64,000 nucleotides of DNA. It comes from an uncultured bacterium. GTDB taxonomy: Bacteria; Bacteroidota; Bacteroidia; Bacteroidales; Bacteroidaceae. The DNA lies in NCBI GenBank assembly GCA_946613525.1, contig CAMOFO010000004.1:17925-81924 (forward strand), written 5' to 3'. The stretch's first letter is position 1, and each line of letters begins with the position of its first letter. The position numbers and the translations under genes were made by a program. Of the stretch, positions 55,913 to 64,000 are shown one piece after another. The notes below the pieces were generated by a model, which was not told the origin of the DNA, did not search any database, and saw only the letters and a program-made list of their open reading frames with translations.

Positions 55913-55981
55913 AAGGGGAGTGAAAGGGGAGTGAAGGGGACGAATGTCTGAACTTCTGAAACACCTGTAACTCCTGAACTA
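55913..55981. repeat. Composite intergenic repeat (AAGGGGAGTGA x2-3 plus CTGAACT-type octamers)
   Basis: aaggggagtga aaggggagtga aggggacgaa tgt ctgaactt ctgaaacac ctgtaactc ctgaacta. Confidence 0.8.
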
Positions 55982-57142
55982 CTTCGTTGAAACCTTCGGT
56001 ATATACGTAAACAGATAGACGACACCCACGGCCATCACCAGCACGGCGCCGGCCTGTCCCATTGCGTCGCTCATAAAGCCCATCAACAGCGGGAAAACAG
56101 TGCCTCCGAACAGACCCATAATCATCAGTCCGCTGACCTCGTTTTGCTTCTCTGGCATCGAGGTGAGCGCCTGCGCGAAGCAGATGGAGAAGATGTTGGA
56201 GTTGCCGTAGCCCACGAGTGCGATGGCAGTGTAGAGCACCCATTTCTCAGTGCCCACGAAGAGCAGCAGCATCGACAGCGCCATCATCACCACCGAGGCG
56301 ATGAAGAACGTGCGGTTGCTCAGCACGCGCAGGAAGAACGAGCCCGTCAAGCAGCCGATGGTGCGGAAAATGAAATAGAGCGACGTGGCAAAAGCCGCCT
56401 CGTTCAGGCTCATTCCAAGGCGTTCCATCAGGATTTTCGGGGCGGTGGTATTCGTACCCACGTCGATGCCCACGTGACACATGATGCCGAGGAACGACAG
56501 CAGCACAATGGGCGTTCCGAGCAGCTTGAAGCACTCGACAAACGACGAGGCCTTGCCCTCGGCGCGCTCTTCGTGAATCGGCGTGAAGCCCAGCAACAGC
56601 GTAGCCAGAATGCCCACCACGAAATAAATCAGGAAGAGCACGCGCCAGTCGAGTCCGAACGAGGGAATCACCTGCGTGGCACCCCACATGGCGAGATATG
56701 GCGCAAGGAACGAGGCAATGGCCTTCACGAACTGCCCGAAGGTGAGCGTGGATGCGAGGTTCTTATCGCCGAGCACGGTCGAAACCAGCGGATTGAGCGA
56801 GGTCTGCATCAGCGTGTTGCCAATGCCGAGCAGCGAGAACGCGATGAGCATCACAGCGAAGGAATTGCCGAAAAGCGGGATGAAGAGCGACACGGCAGTC
56901 ACCACGAGCGACAGCAGCACCGTTTTCTTGCGTCCGATGCGGTTCATCAGCATCCCCGTGGGAACGCTGAAAATCAGGAACCAGAAGAACACGAGCGAGG
57001 GGAAGATGTTGGCCACGGAGTCGGTGAGTCCGAGGTCTTCCTTCACATAGTTCGAGGCAATGCCTACGAGATCGACGAAGCCCATGCAGAAGAAGCAGAG
57101 CATCACCGACAGAATGGCGGTTTTCTTTGTATTTTGTTGCAT
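55979..57142 (-). CDS. MFS sugar (fructose) permease, FucP-like
   Basis: About 12 TM segments; MNRIGRK; QTSLNPL; PUL context. Confidence 0.88.
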   Translation of the reverse strand: MQQNTKKTAILSVMLCFFCMGFVDLVGIASNYVKEDLGLTDSVANIFPSLVFFWFLIFSVPTGMLMNRIGRKKTVLLSLVVTAVSLFIPLFGNSFAVMLIAFSLLGIGNTLMQTSLNPLVSTVLGDKNLASTLTFGQFVKAIASFLAPYLAMWGATQVIPSFGLDWRVLFLIYFVVGILATLLLGFTPIHEERAEGKASSFVECFKLLGTPIVLLSFLGIMCHVGIDVGTNTTAPKILMERLGMSLNEAAFATSLYFIFRTIGCLTGSFFLRVLSNRTFFIASVVMMALSMLLLFVGTEKWVLYTAIALVGYGNSNIFSICFAQALTSMPEKQNEVSGLMIMGLFGGTVFPLLMGFMSDAMGQAGAVLVMAVGVVYLFTYIPKVSTK

Positions 57143-57143
57143 A

Positions 57144-58823
57144 TTATTTGAAGGGATAAATGGTTACTTTAGCATTGTTGGTGACTTTGATTTGCGTGTA
57201 GGGCTCGGTGGGGAACACCAAGTTGGTCATCGCCATACGGCCCTCGGCATCGAAGGCTTCGAGCGAGCAGTGGTCGATGAAGATGCGCAGCTGCTTCACG
57301 GCGCCGTAGGTGGGAGCCACTGTCTTGCAGGGGAAAGCCTCGCTGAAGCTGGCGTAAGTGCGCGTGCGATCCATCGAGAAGGTATTTTTCAGGGCGTCGT
57401 ACTCCATCACCACCTGTTCGCCGAGCGCGTTGGAGAGGGTGATTTCGGTGGAACCCTTCAGGTCGATGACCAATTCGCCCGTCTGGGGCAGTTTCTTGCT
57501 GGTTTTGCCGCGCAGGGCCAGCATTTCCTTCGAGGGCGTGACGCCGCAGTAGGTTTGTCCGTTGTACTCGAAGAGGTCGAGGTCGCGGGGAATCGAGTTG
57601 GCCGAGCGGAACTGCTTCGTGGGAACCTGGTTGGCATATTGCCAGTTCGACATCCACGCCAGGGCCACCTTGCGGCCATCGGGGGCATTGTCGAAGGTAA
57701 CCGTAGCGTAGTGGTCCTTGCCGTAGTCCATCCAGCGCGTGTCCTTGTGTTCGCAGGTGAACTTCCTGCCGTCGAAATCGCCGATGAAATACTGCGTGGC
57801 CGATCCGCCGAAGGGTCCGCCCGGGTTGATGTTGCAGATGAGCATCCACTTTTGCTTGCCGGTGCCGCGCACGGGCATCTTGATGAGGTCGGGACACTCC
57901 CAAACGCCGTCGTGGCAGCCGTAGTCCGTGCCGAAAGCGCTTTCGTAGTTCCAGTCGGTGAGGTTGTCGGAGGTGTAGATGCGCATCTCCTGCCCCACGG
58001 CGACGATGAGGTTCCACTTGTTGATGTCGGGATTCCAGAAGCATTTCGGGTCGCGGAAGTCCTCTTGCTTACTCACGAGCACGGGGTTTCCCTTGAATTT
58101 CGAGAAGGTTTTGCCATTGTCGGTGGAAATGGCCATCGACTGCATCTGGCTCCTCTCGCCCGCCGAGGTGTAGAAGGCCACCACGCGGTTGTTTTTCCCA
58201 TCGACCACGCACGAGCCGCTGAAAATCGAGCCCAGCGCGTCGGGTTCGATGGCTGCGGGCTGCGCCTCCCAGTGGATGAGGTCGCGCGAGGTGGAGTGGC
58301 CCCACGTCATGTTCTCCCACTGCGAGCCGTAGGGATTCCATTGGTAATAGAGATGCCACACGCCGTCTTTGTAGAACATTCCGTTCGGGTCGTTCATCCA
58401 GCCGTAGGCGGGCGAGTGATGAAATTGCGGGCGGAATTTCTCGCGGTTGGCGGTGTCGAACGATTCGCTTTGCTTCATTTCGCGCCAGCAGAGGAAGTCT
58501 TTCATTGCGCCCGTGAAGCGACGGTCGCCGTGGAAAAAGATATCGAGCAGCACCTCGTCGGAGTTGAAACGCCGAATGTCCAAGGGCACGTAGTAATCGA
58601 CCCTGTCAACGGCCAGCCGCACGTTCAGTTTCTGCACCTGCTGGTTGTCGGCCAGCACGCGGATGGTAGCGTTATCTTCGCGTTCCTGAACGGGCAGCAG
58701 CAGGTATTTTCCCTTCGCGTCCACGCGCAGCATAGCGTGTTGATCCGACAGGATTTCCGGCTTCTGTGCGCTTGCGGAGAGGCAGCCCAGAAGCACGACT
58801 GCGATGGTTAAAAGTCTTTTCAT
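57144..58823 (-). CDS. GH32 beta-fructofuranosidase/levanase, periplasmic, with an N-terminal extra domain
   Basis: WMNDPNG, FSGS, FRDPK, WECPD, DYGKDHYA. Confidence 0.93.
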   Translation of the reverse strand: MKRLLTIAVVLLGCLSASAQKPEILSDQHAMLRVDAKGKYLLLPVQEREDNATIRVLADNQQVQKLNVRLAVDRVDYYVPLDIRRFNSDEVLLDIFFHGDRRFTGAMKDFLCWREMKQSESFDTANREKFRPQFHHSPAYGWMNDPNGMFYKDGVWHLYYQWNPYGSQWENMTWGHSTSRDLIHWEAQPAAIEPDALGSIFSGSCVVDGKNNRVVAFYTSAGERSQMQSMAISTDNGKTFSKFKGNPVLVSKQEDFRDPKCFWNPDINKWNLIVAVGQEMRIYTSDNLTDWNYESAFGTDYGCHDGVWECPDLIKMPVRGTGKQKWMLICNINPGGPFGGSATQYFIGDFDGRKFTCEHKDTRWMDYGKDHYATVTFDNAPDGRKVALAWMSNWQYANQVPTKQFRSANSIPRDLDLFEYNGQTYCGVTPSKEMLALRGKTSKKLPQTGELVIDLKGSTEITLSNALGEQVVMEYDALKNTFSMDRTRTYASFSEAFPCKTVAPTYGAVKQLRIFIDHCSLEAFDAEGRMAMTNLVFPTEPYTQIKVTNNAKVTIYPFK

Positions 58824-58859
58824 TTTTTTTGCGTTTAGGTTGATGGCTGTAATTTTGTT

Positions 58860-60356
58860 TTAGAAGCATTTGCTCAGGCGTCGCATCTTCACCTCGCTAT
58901 TGGCTCCCGAAACGCTGATTTGGTTGTAGATGGAGCTGGGGAACACGAGGTTCGTCATCGACATCGAGCCCGTTTCGGTGAAGATTTCCACCGACGACTG
59001 ATCGACGAAAATGTCGAGCGTGACGCTGTTTCCAGTGACTTTGAGCGGTGCCTGCATCGAGGGGATGGAGAACGCACCGTTGAAGTTGGTCTTGCCCGTG
59101 GCCGAGGTGCGATGCGCCGTGAGCGAGCGGGCCGAAGCATTGAGGTCGAAGGAGAATTTCTCGCCCGCGGCGTTGCTGAGCGTAACGGTGGAATTCTTGT
59201 CGAGGCCGATGGTCAGTCGGAGCTGATAGGCCTCCTTCGCGTCGATGCTGCCACTGACATTCTGCCAGCCAGAGGCGATTTGGCTGATTTCGCTGACGAC
59301 GGTGTTCGTCAAGAGCGGTTTTCCGTCGTATTCCACGAGTTTCAGCTCTCGCGGCAGCGTCATCGCCGAGCGCCACGGCGTGCAGGGCACGTCGCCGGCA
59401 TACTGCCAGTTGTTCATCCATCCGATGAGGATTCGGCGACTGCCCGTATTCGACCAAGTAACGCCGGCATAGTTGTCCATGCCGTAGTCGAGCCAGAGCG
59501 GATAGTCGAGCTCGTCGGCCTTGAAGGTCGTGCCGTCGAAGTCGCCCACGAAATACATCGTGCCCGAGCCGAGAATCGGTCCGCCTGGGTTCACGCTGAC
59601 GAGCAGCACCCATTTATTTCCCATCTGAATCAGGTCGGGACATTCCCACTGCAAGCTGGGGCGACCTGCCAGCGGCACGTGGAAGGTGCTCAGGTGCTGC
59701 CAGCTCTTGAGGTCTTTCGAGCCGAACAGCTCAATGCCCATTTTCCAGCCTTTGGCCAACGCCATCACCCACTGTTGCGAAGCCTCGTGCCAGAACACCT
59801 TCGGGTCGCGCTGGTTGTCGTCGTTGTTGCGGATGACGGGGTTGCCCACGTAGCGGTTGAAAGTCTTGCCGCCGTCGGTGGAATAGGCCAACGACTGCTG
59901 CTGTACGTTGCTGGCAGAGGTGTAGAGCGCAATCATGGCACCTGCGCCGAAGCCAGCCGTGTTGTCCTTATCGATTACTGCCGAGCCAGAGAAAATGTCG
60001 CCCAAATCATCGCGCGTCATAGCCACGGCCTGCTCCTTCCAGTGCAGCAGGTCGGTCGAGGTGGCGTGTCCCCACGACATGTTTCCCCACGAATTTCCCT
60101 GCGGATTGTACTGATAGAACAGGTGATACACGCCGTCGGCATAGACCATGCCGTTCGGGTCGTTTATCCAGTTTTTCGCGGGCGAGAAATGGATTTGCGG
60201 TCTGTAGAGCTCGTTGTAGCTGACCTGCGGCGTGGGGTCGTCGGGTTCGGGTTGGGGAATGTCGTTCTGCGGAGAGTCGTCAGACCCGCAGCCAACGGCG
60301 ACGGCAGCAACGAAAGCTGCCATCGCCATTGGTTTCAAGAATCGCGGAATCATCAT
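58860..60356 (-). CDS. GH32 fructanase, lipoprotein
   Basis: Lipobox AVGC with a Pro/Asp tether; WINDPNG, RDPK, WECPD. Confidence 0.92.
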   Translation of the reverse strand: MMIPRFLKPMAMAAFVAAVAVGCGSDDSPQNDIPQPEPDDPTPQVSYNELYRPQIHFSPAKNWINDPNGMVYADGVYHLFYQYNPQGNSWGNMSWGHATSTDLLHWKEQAVAMTRDDLGDIFSGSAVIDKDNTAGFGAGAMIALYTSASNVQQQSLAYSTDGGKTFNRYVGNPVIRNNDDNQRDPKVFWHEASQQWVMALAKGWKMGIELFGSKDLKSWQHLSTFHVPLAGRPSLQWECPDLIQMGNKWVLLVSVNPGGPILGSGTMYFVGDFDGTTFKADELDYPLWLDYGMDNYAGVTWSNTGSRRILIGWMNNWQYAGDVPCTPWRSAMTLPRELKLVEYDGKPLLTNTVVSEISQIASGWQNVSGSIDAKEAYQLRLTIGLDKNSTVTLSNAAGEKFSFDLNASARSLTAHRTSATGKTNFNGAFSIPSMQAPLKVTGNSVTLDIFVDQSSVEIFTETGSMSMTNLVFPSSIYNQISVSGANSEVKMRRLSKCF

Positions 60357-60359
60357 TAT

Positions 60360-61880
60360 TTATCGCGTTTTCAGGTATTCTAACGAATTCTTAGCCAGCG
60401 TGAGCACGTTGTCCTGATAGATGTTGTTCTTCGGATGAGCACTCTTGTCGGGCGTGCCGTCGGTGTTCTTCATCGAGAACTCGCAGCCGCCGTTGCCGAT
60501 GCAGAGGATGGTTCCTTGGAACTCGGTGTTGCCCTGCTGGGCTTCCCACACGTTCATCTGGCTTACCCAGTCGATTTGGCTGTCCCACGTGCCGAGCGGA
60601 TAGATGCCGTAGGTCTGCGTGAGCTGCGTGTAGCAGGCTTCCTCTTGGTTGCCGATGCCCGTGTAGAGTGCCGGCAGGTTGAAGAAGAGGCAGTTGTGGT
60701 CTTCCGTCCAGCCCGGACCCTTGAAGGCGATGAGCTTCGTGCGGTCGGTCGATTCCACTTCCAGACCCTTATAGATGGGGTGCGAGGAGTGGTCTTTCGA
60801 GAACCTGCCGCCGGGATTGAGCTGCACGGCCATCTTCCAGACGTCGTTGTTGATGCCGCCCGCGCCGGTGCCGATGGCACGGTCGTTGTTCTTCATGTCG
60901 TCGAGATTGATACGTCCGAGGTGGCCTACATAGGTGGTGGCGTGGCTCCAGAGGAGCATCGAGCCGCCCAGCCTGTACCACTCCTTGATGATGGGCGTGG
61001 CCGTTGCAACCACGTCGGGAATGGCGAACACTTCAGCTTCGCTGACGCCTTCGAGGTCGCGCAGCCAGAACAGCACGCGGAAGGGTTCCACGTCGTCGGC
61101 ACTCTTGATGCTGCTGAAGGGCACGAACTGCGCCGTGGGATACTGCTCGTGCAGCCACAGCCAGGCCGAAGCCTCGTCGTCGTCGCCGTCGGCAATCAGT
61201 TTTTCGGGCGTGTCATAGACGCTCAGGAAGCCGATGGCGGTCTTGCCGATGCGCAGCGAAGAGGTGGTGGCGAGCGACGTTCCCTTGTCGTTGACAGCCA
61301 CGAGGGTGACGGTCCACGTGTCGCCCGTTTCTACGTTGCTGATGGTGTAGTTCGTGGCAGTTCCGGGGAGCGTCTCGCTGATGGTCTGCTTGCCGTTGGT
61401 GGCGGTGAAGAGGATGCTGGTGGCATCGGCAGCACGATTCCACTCCACGAGGGCATCGTAGCCGCCGGCCTTATCCACCTGCGACATCTGCACGCCGCTG
61501 ATGCTGGTGGCTCCCTCGCGGGTGTAGGTTTTCACCACACCACTCGAGAAATTCGTGCCGTCGGTGAGTTTGAAGACGTATTCAAAAGGCACGTTCGTGG
61601 GCACGTTGCGCTGCGTGTAGCTCGTTCCGCTGACGGTTTCCGAGGCCGAGAGCGTTCCGTTGCGATAGATGGTCACCTGCATTTTTCGGTCGGCACCCTG
61701 CGAGGGCCACGTGAGGATGTAGTCGTCGCCCGAGAGCTGACCCGTGATTTGGCTGACATCGGGGGCGCTGAGCTTCATGGCCTCGCGCTCGAAGTCTTTG
61801 TCTTGGCAGGAAGTGAAGAGTCCGGCACTGCCGCAGCAGAACAGTCCTGCAATGAAGATTTTCAATATTCTGGTAATCAT
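60360..61880 (-). CDS. Surface glycan-binding lipoprotein (DUF4960-like)
   Basis: Lipobox FTSC; Ig/FN3-like modules; GDDDEASAWLW; directly after susD. Confidence 0.75.
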   Translation of the reverse strand: MITRILKIFIAGLFCCGSAGLFTSCQDKDFEREAMKLSAPDVSQITGQLSGDDYILTWPSQGADRKMQVTIYRNGTLSASETVSGTSYTQRNVPTNVPFEYVFKLTDGTNFSSGVVKTYTREGATSISGVQMSQVDKAGGYDALVEWNRAADATSILFTATNGKQTISETLPGTATNYTISNVETGDTWTVTLVAVNDKGTSLATTSSLRIGKTAIGFLSVYDTPEKLIADGDDDEASAWLWLHEQYPTAQFVPFSSIKSADDVEPFRVLFWLRDLEGVSEAEVFAIPDVVATATPIIKEWYRLGGSMLLWSHATTYVGHLGRINLDDMKNNDRAIGTGAGGINNDVWKMAVQLNPGGRFSKDHSSHPIYKGLEVESTDRTKLIAFKGPGWTEDHNCLFFNLPALYTGIGNQEEACYTQLTQTYGIYPLGTWDSQIDWVSQMNVWEAQQGNTEFQGTILCIGNGGCEFSMKNTDGTPDKSAHPKNNIYQDNVLTLAKNSLEYLKTR

Positions 61881-61915
61881 AACTGTAATCTATTTACTTT
61901 GAACTATTAACTGGA

Positions 61916-63682
61916 TTAATTATATCCCCTGTTCTGCGTGTAGAGTCCGGGCACGTAGTAGAGCTGGATGTAGGGCAGCGGGAAGTACTCGTTCTTGGCG
62001 GGCGTGTAGTGCGCGTCTTTGTAGTACTGGGCGTAGGTCTGGCCGTCGTAAACGACGTTCTGCTCCACCTCGAAGAACTTGTTGAGCGTCTGCGAGGCGA
62101 TGCCCCAGCGGCGCAGCGAGAAGTAGCGGTCGTTCTCCATCGCCATCTCCAGGCGACGCTCCCACTGCAGGCACTCGCGGGCCTTTTCCTTGCTCTGGAA
62201 ATAGCTCGACGGATAGAGCGCGATGTCGCACTGGTCCTTGGCGTAGCCGATGTGCTTGTCGATGGAGTTCTTTGCACGCTGGCGAATGTCGTTGATGATG
62301 CTGCGAGCCTCTTCGAGCGCACCCGTTTCGATGAGTGCCTCGGCACGCATCAGCATCACGTCGGTGTAGCGGAACACGTAGTCGTTCATGGCGAAGGCCT
62401 GCCACGGGTTGTCGAAGGTTTCGCCCTTCGAGCGCTGCGGCACTTCCTTCAGCGAAGCGTAGTAGCCGTAGGTGTTCGGCGTGCGCGAATTGTCCTTCGT
62501 CATGGTGTATGCCGCCTCGTATTTGTAGGGGAAAGTCGGCATTCCAACCGTGTGGAAGAGGCGCGGATCCCATTTCTGAGCAGTGGGCTTGCCATTGATG
62601 GGGTAGGCAATTTCGTCGTTGTAGTCGTCGAACATGGGCAGTCCGTCTTTCGTCTTGAAGGCGTTCACGAGGTTCTGCGTGGGCTTGTGAAAGTCCCATC
62701 CGCACGACCAGATGCCCCAGCAGCCGTTGAGCATATTCGACCAGTTGGCGCGTCCGAAGCGTGTGTTGTCATCCTCGTAGCCAGAGTGTTGCACGGCAAA
62801 CACGCTCTCCTTCGAATTCTTGTATTCGGGCAGGAAAATGTCGCCGTAGTCCTCCAGATAGCCGTATTGCGAGTTCTTCACGTCGTTGGTGTATTTGAGC
62901 ACCTCCTGCATGTACTGCGCATTGATGTGGCTCACGCCGTTGGTGGCCTCGTAGCCGTCGCCCCAGGCCATCGTCAGATAGCACTTGGCCAGATAGGCCG
63001 CAGCGGCAATCTTGTTGGCGCGACCGCCTTCGCTCTGCTGTGCGGGCAGCACGTCGTAGGCGAACTTGAAGTCGTCGATGATTTTCTGCATCAGCTCCTC
63101 GTGGGTGAACTGGTCGTTGCGCGTCTGCTCCTCGGTGTGGTTTTTATAAACTTCCTCGTCGATCCAAGGCACCTGATACCACATCTGCACCAGCTTGAAA
63201 TAGAAGTGGGCGCGCAGGAATCGCACCTCGCCCTCACGAATCTTCTTCAGCTCGGCACCGAGTTTCTCGTCGCCGAAGTTCTCGAGCGACACCAGTGCGC
63301 GGTTGCAACGCGAGACGCTGCAATAGAAGTGATACCACTGCTCGTCCATGTGGTCGGGCGTCGATGCAGTGAGCGTTGACCACACCTCTACGGGGTGGTA
63401 GTTCGTGTCGGTGGTGCCCGAGCCGCCCTTCATGGCGTCATCGGAAGAGACGTCGCCGTAGGGCCAGAGGTTGAACGGATAGGTGTACCAGTCGTCGCCC
63501 AGCTTGGCGTAGGCGGCTGTCACCATCTCGTTGGGCTGGCTCATGGCCAGTTCTTCGCTGATGACGCCCTGCGGCTCTACGTCGATGAAATCGTTGCAGG
63601 AAGAGAGGAGCCCCCCTCCAACTCCCCCGAGGGGGAGAGCCGTCAACATATATGCTGCAAATTTGATGATATTCTTTTTCAT
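61916..63682 (-). CDS. SusD/RagB-family lipoprotein
   Basis: LSSC; GEVRFLRAHFYF; DPRL; FRYTDVMLMRAEA; ERRLEMAME..R...LRRWG; QNRGY. Confidence 0.95.
   Translation of the reverse strand: MKKNIIKFAAYMLTALPLGGVGGGLLSSCNDFIDVEPQGVISEELAMSQPNEMVTAAYAKLGDDWYTYPFNLWPYGDVSSDDAMKGGSGTTDTNYHPVEVWSTLTASTPDHMDEQWYHFYCSVSRCNRALVSLENFGDEKLGAELKKIREGEVRFLRAHFYFKLVQMWYQVPWIDEEVYKNHTEEQTRNDQFTHEELMQKIIDDFKFAYDVLPAQQSEGGRANKIAAAAYLAKCYLTMAWGDGYEATNGVSHINAQYMQEVLKYTNDVKNSQYGYLEDYGDIFLPEYKNSKESVFAVQHSGYEDDNTRFGRANWSNMLNGCWGIWSCGWDFHKPTQNLVNAFKTKDGLPMFDDYNDEIAYPINGKPTAQKWDPRLFHTVGMPTFPYKYEAAYTMTKDNSRTPNTYGYYASLKEVPQRSKGETFDNPWQAFAMNDYVFRYTDVMLMRAEALIETGALEEARSIINDIRQRAKNSIDKHIGYAKDQCDIALYPSSYFQSKEKARECLQWERRLEMAMENDRYFSLRRWGIASQTLNKFFEVEQNVVYDGQTYAQYYKDAHYTPAKNEYFPLPYIQLYYVPGLYTQNRGYN
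63608..63639. repeat. REP-like palindrome inside the SusD signal peptide
   Basis: gagcccccctccaactcccccgagggggagag; same CCCCCGAGGGGG core as in argS. Confidence 0.85.
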
Positions 63683-63719
63683 ATTCTTTACTTTTTTTAT
63701 GTTGTTTATTTCTATCTAT

Positions 63720-63754
63720 TCCCTCCCATTCAGGGGAGGGTTAGGGAGGGGTCT
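63720..63754. repeat. REP-like palindrome abutting the susC stop codon
   Basis: tccctcccattcaggggagggttagggaggggtct. Confidence 0.85.
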
Positions 63755-64000
63755 TTAGAAGCTGGCCTGAAGTCCGAGCGTGAACGAGGTATTGTTAGGA
63801 TACATCCAGCGCGGATTCTCGGGGTCGGAGCAGGTCAGCGAGCTCGACTTCAGCGTGAGCAGGTTGTGACCCGACACGTAGAATCGCAGGTTGGTCATGC
63901 GCAGCTTCTCAATGACGCTCTTCGGCAGGTTGTAGCCGAGTTGCACTTGGCGGAGCTTCGCATAGGAGCCGTTCTCCACGAAATAGCTCGAGGTGCGGTT
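63755..64000 (-). CDS. SusC/RagA TonB-dependent transporter, C-terminal end (partial)
   Basis: SYFVENGSYAKLRQVQLGYNLP...YVSGHNLLT...DPE...YP...GLQASF. Confidence 0.93.
   Translation of the reverse strand, partial: NRTSSYFVENGSYAKLRQVQLGYNLPKSVIEKLRMTNLRFYVSGHNLLTLKSSSLTCSDPENPRWMYPNNTSFTLGLQASF

Overview
Chromosomal segment of a GC-rich Bacteroidales bacterium, most likely Prevotellaceae (TAnnTTTG promoters, SusC/SusD, T9SS C-terminal domains, lipoproteins). In order it contains: a glutaminyl cyclase, a C26-M19 peptidase fusion, three FKBPs, cobB, a sugar-kinase-like gene, and an argG-argH pair that looks Firmicutes-type. Next come an AT-rich Rhs-remnant/orphan-immunity islet, four T9SS cargo genes (two M60-like peptidases, a papain-like multidomain protein, a CotH kinase), argS, rnhA, and two fimbrillin-like adhesins behind a small peptide ORF. 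These are followed by ribD/prmC, pafA, a second AT-rich islet, a probable toxin-antitoxin pair, rbfA/lolE-like, the porG-uppS-bamA-skp x3-murI operon and the distal part of a fructan PUL. No rRNA, tRNA, CRISPR array, transposase or reverse transcriptase was seen. The most striking unexplained signal is about 25 short repeat elements: 7-/8-mer tandem arrays and GC-rich REP-like palindromes. They sit at gene junctions, where they often supply the stop codon, and in frame inside housekeeping genes and signal peptides (argS x2, prmC x2, ribD, murI, bamA, susD, porG), with a consistent strand polarity.
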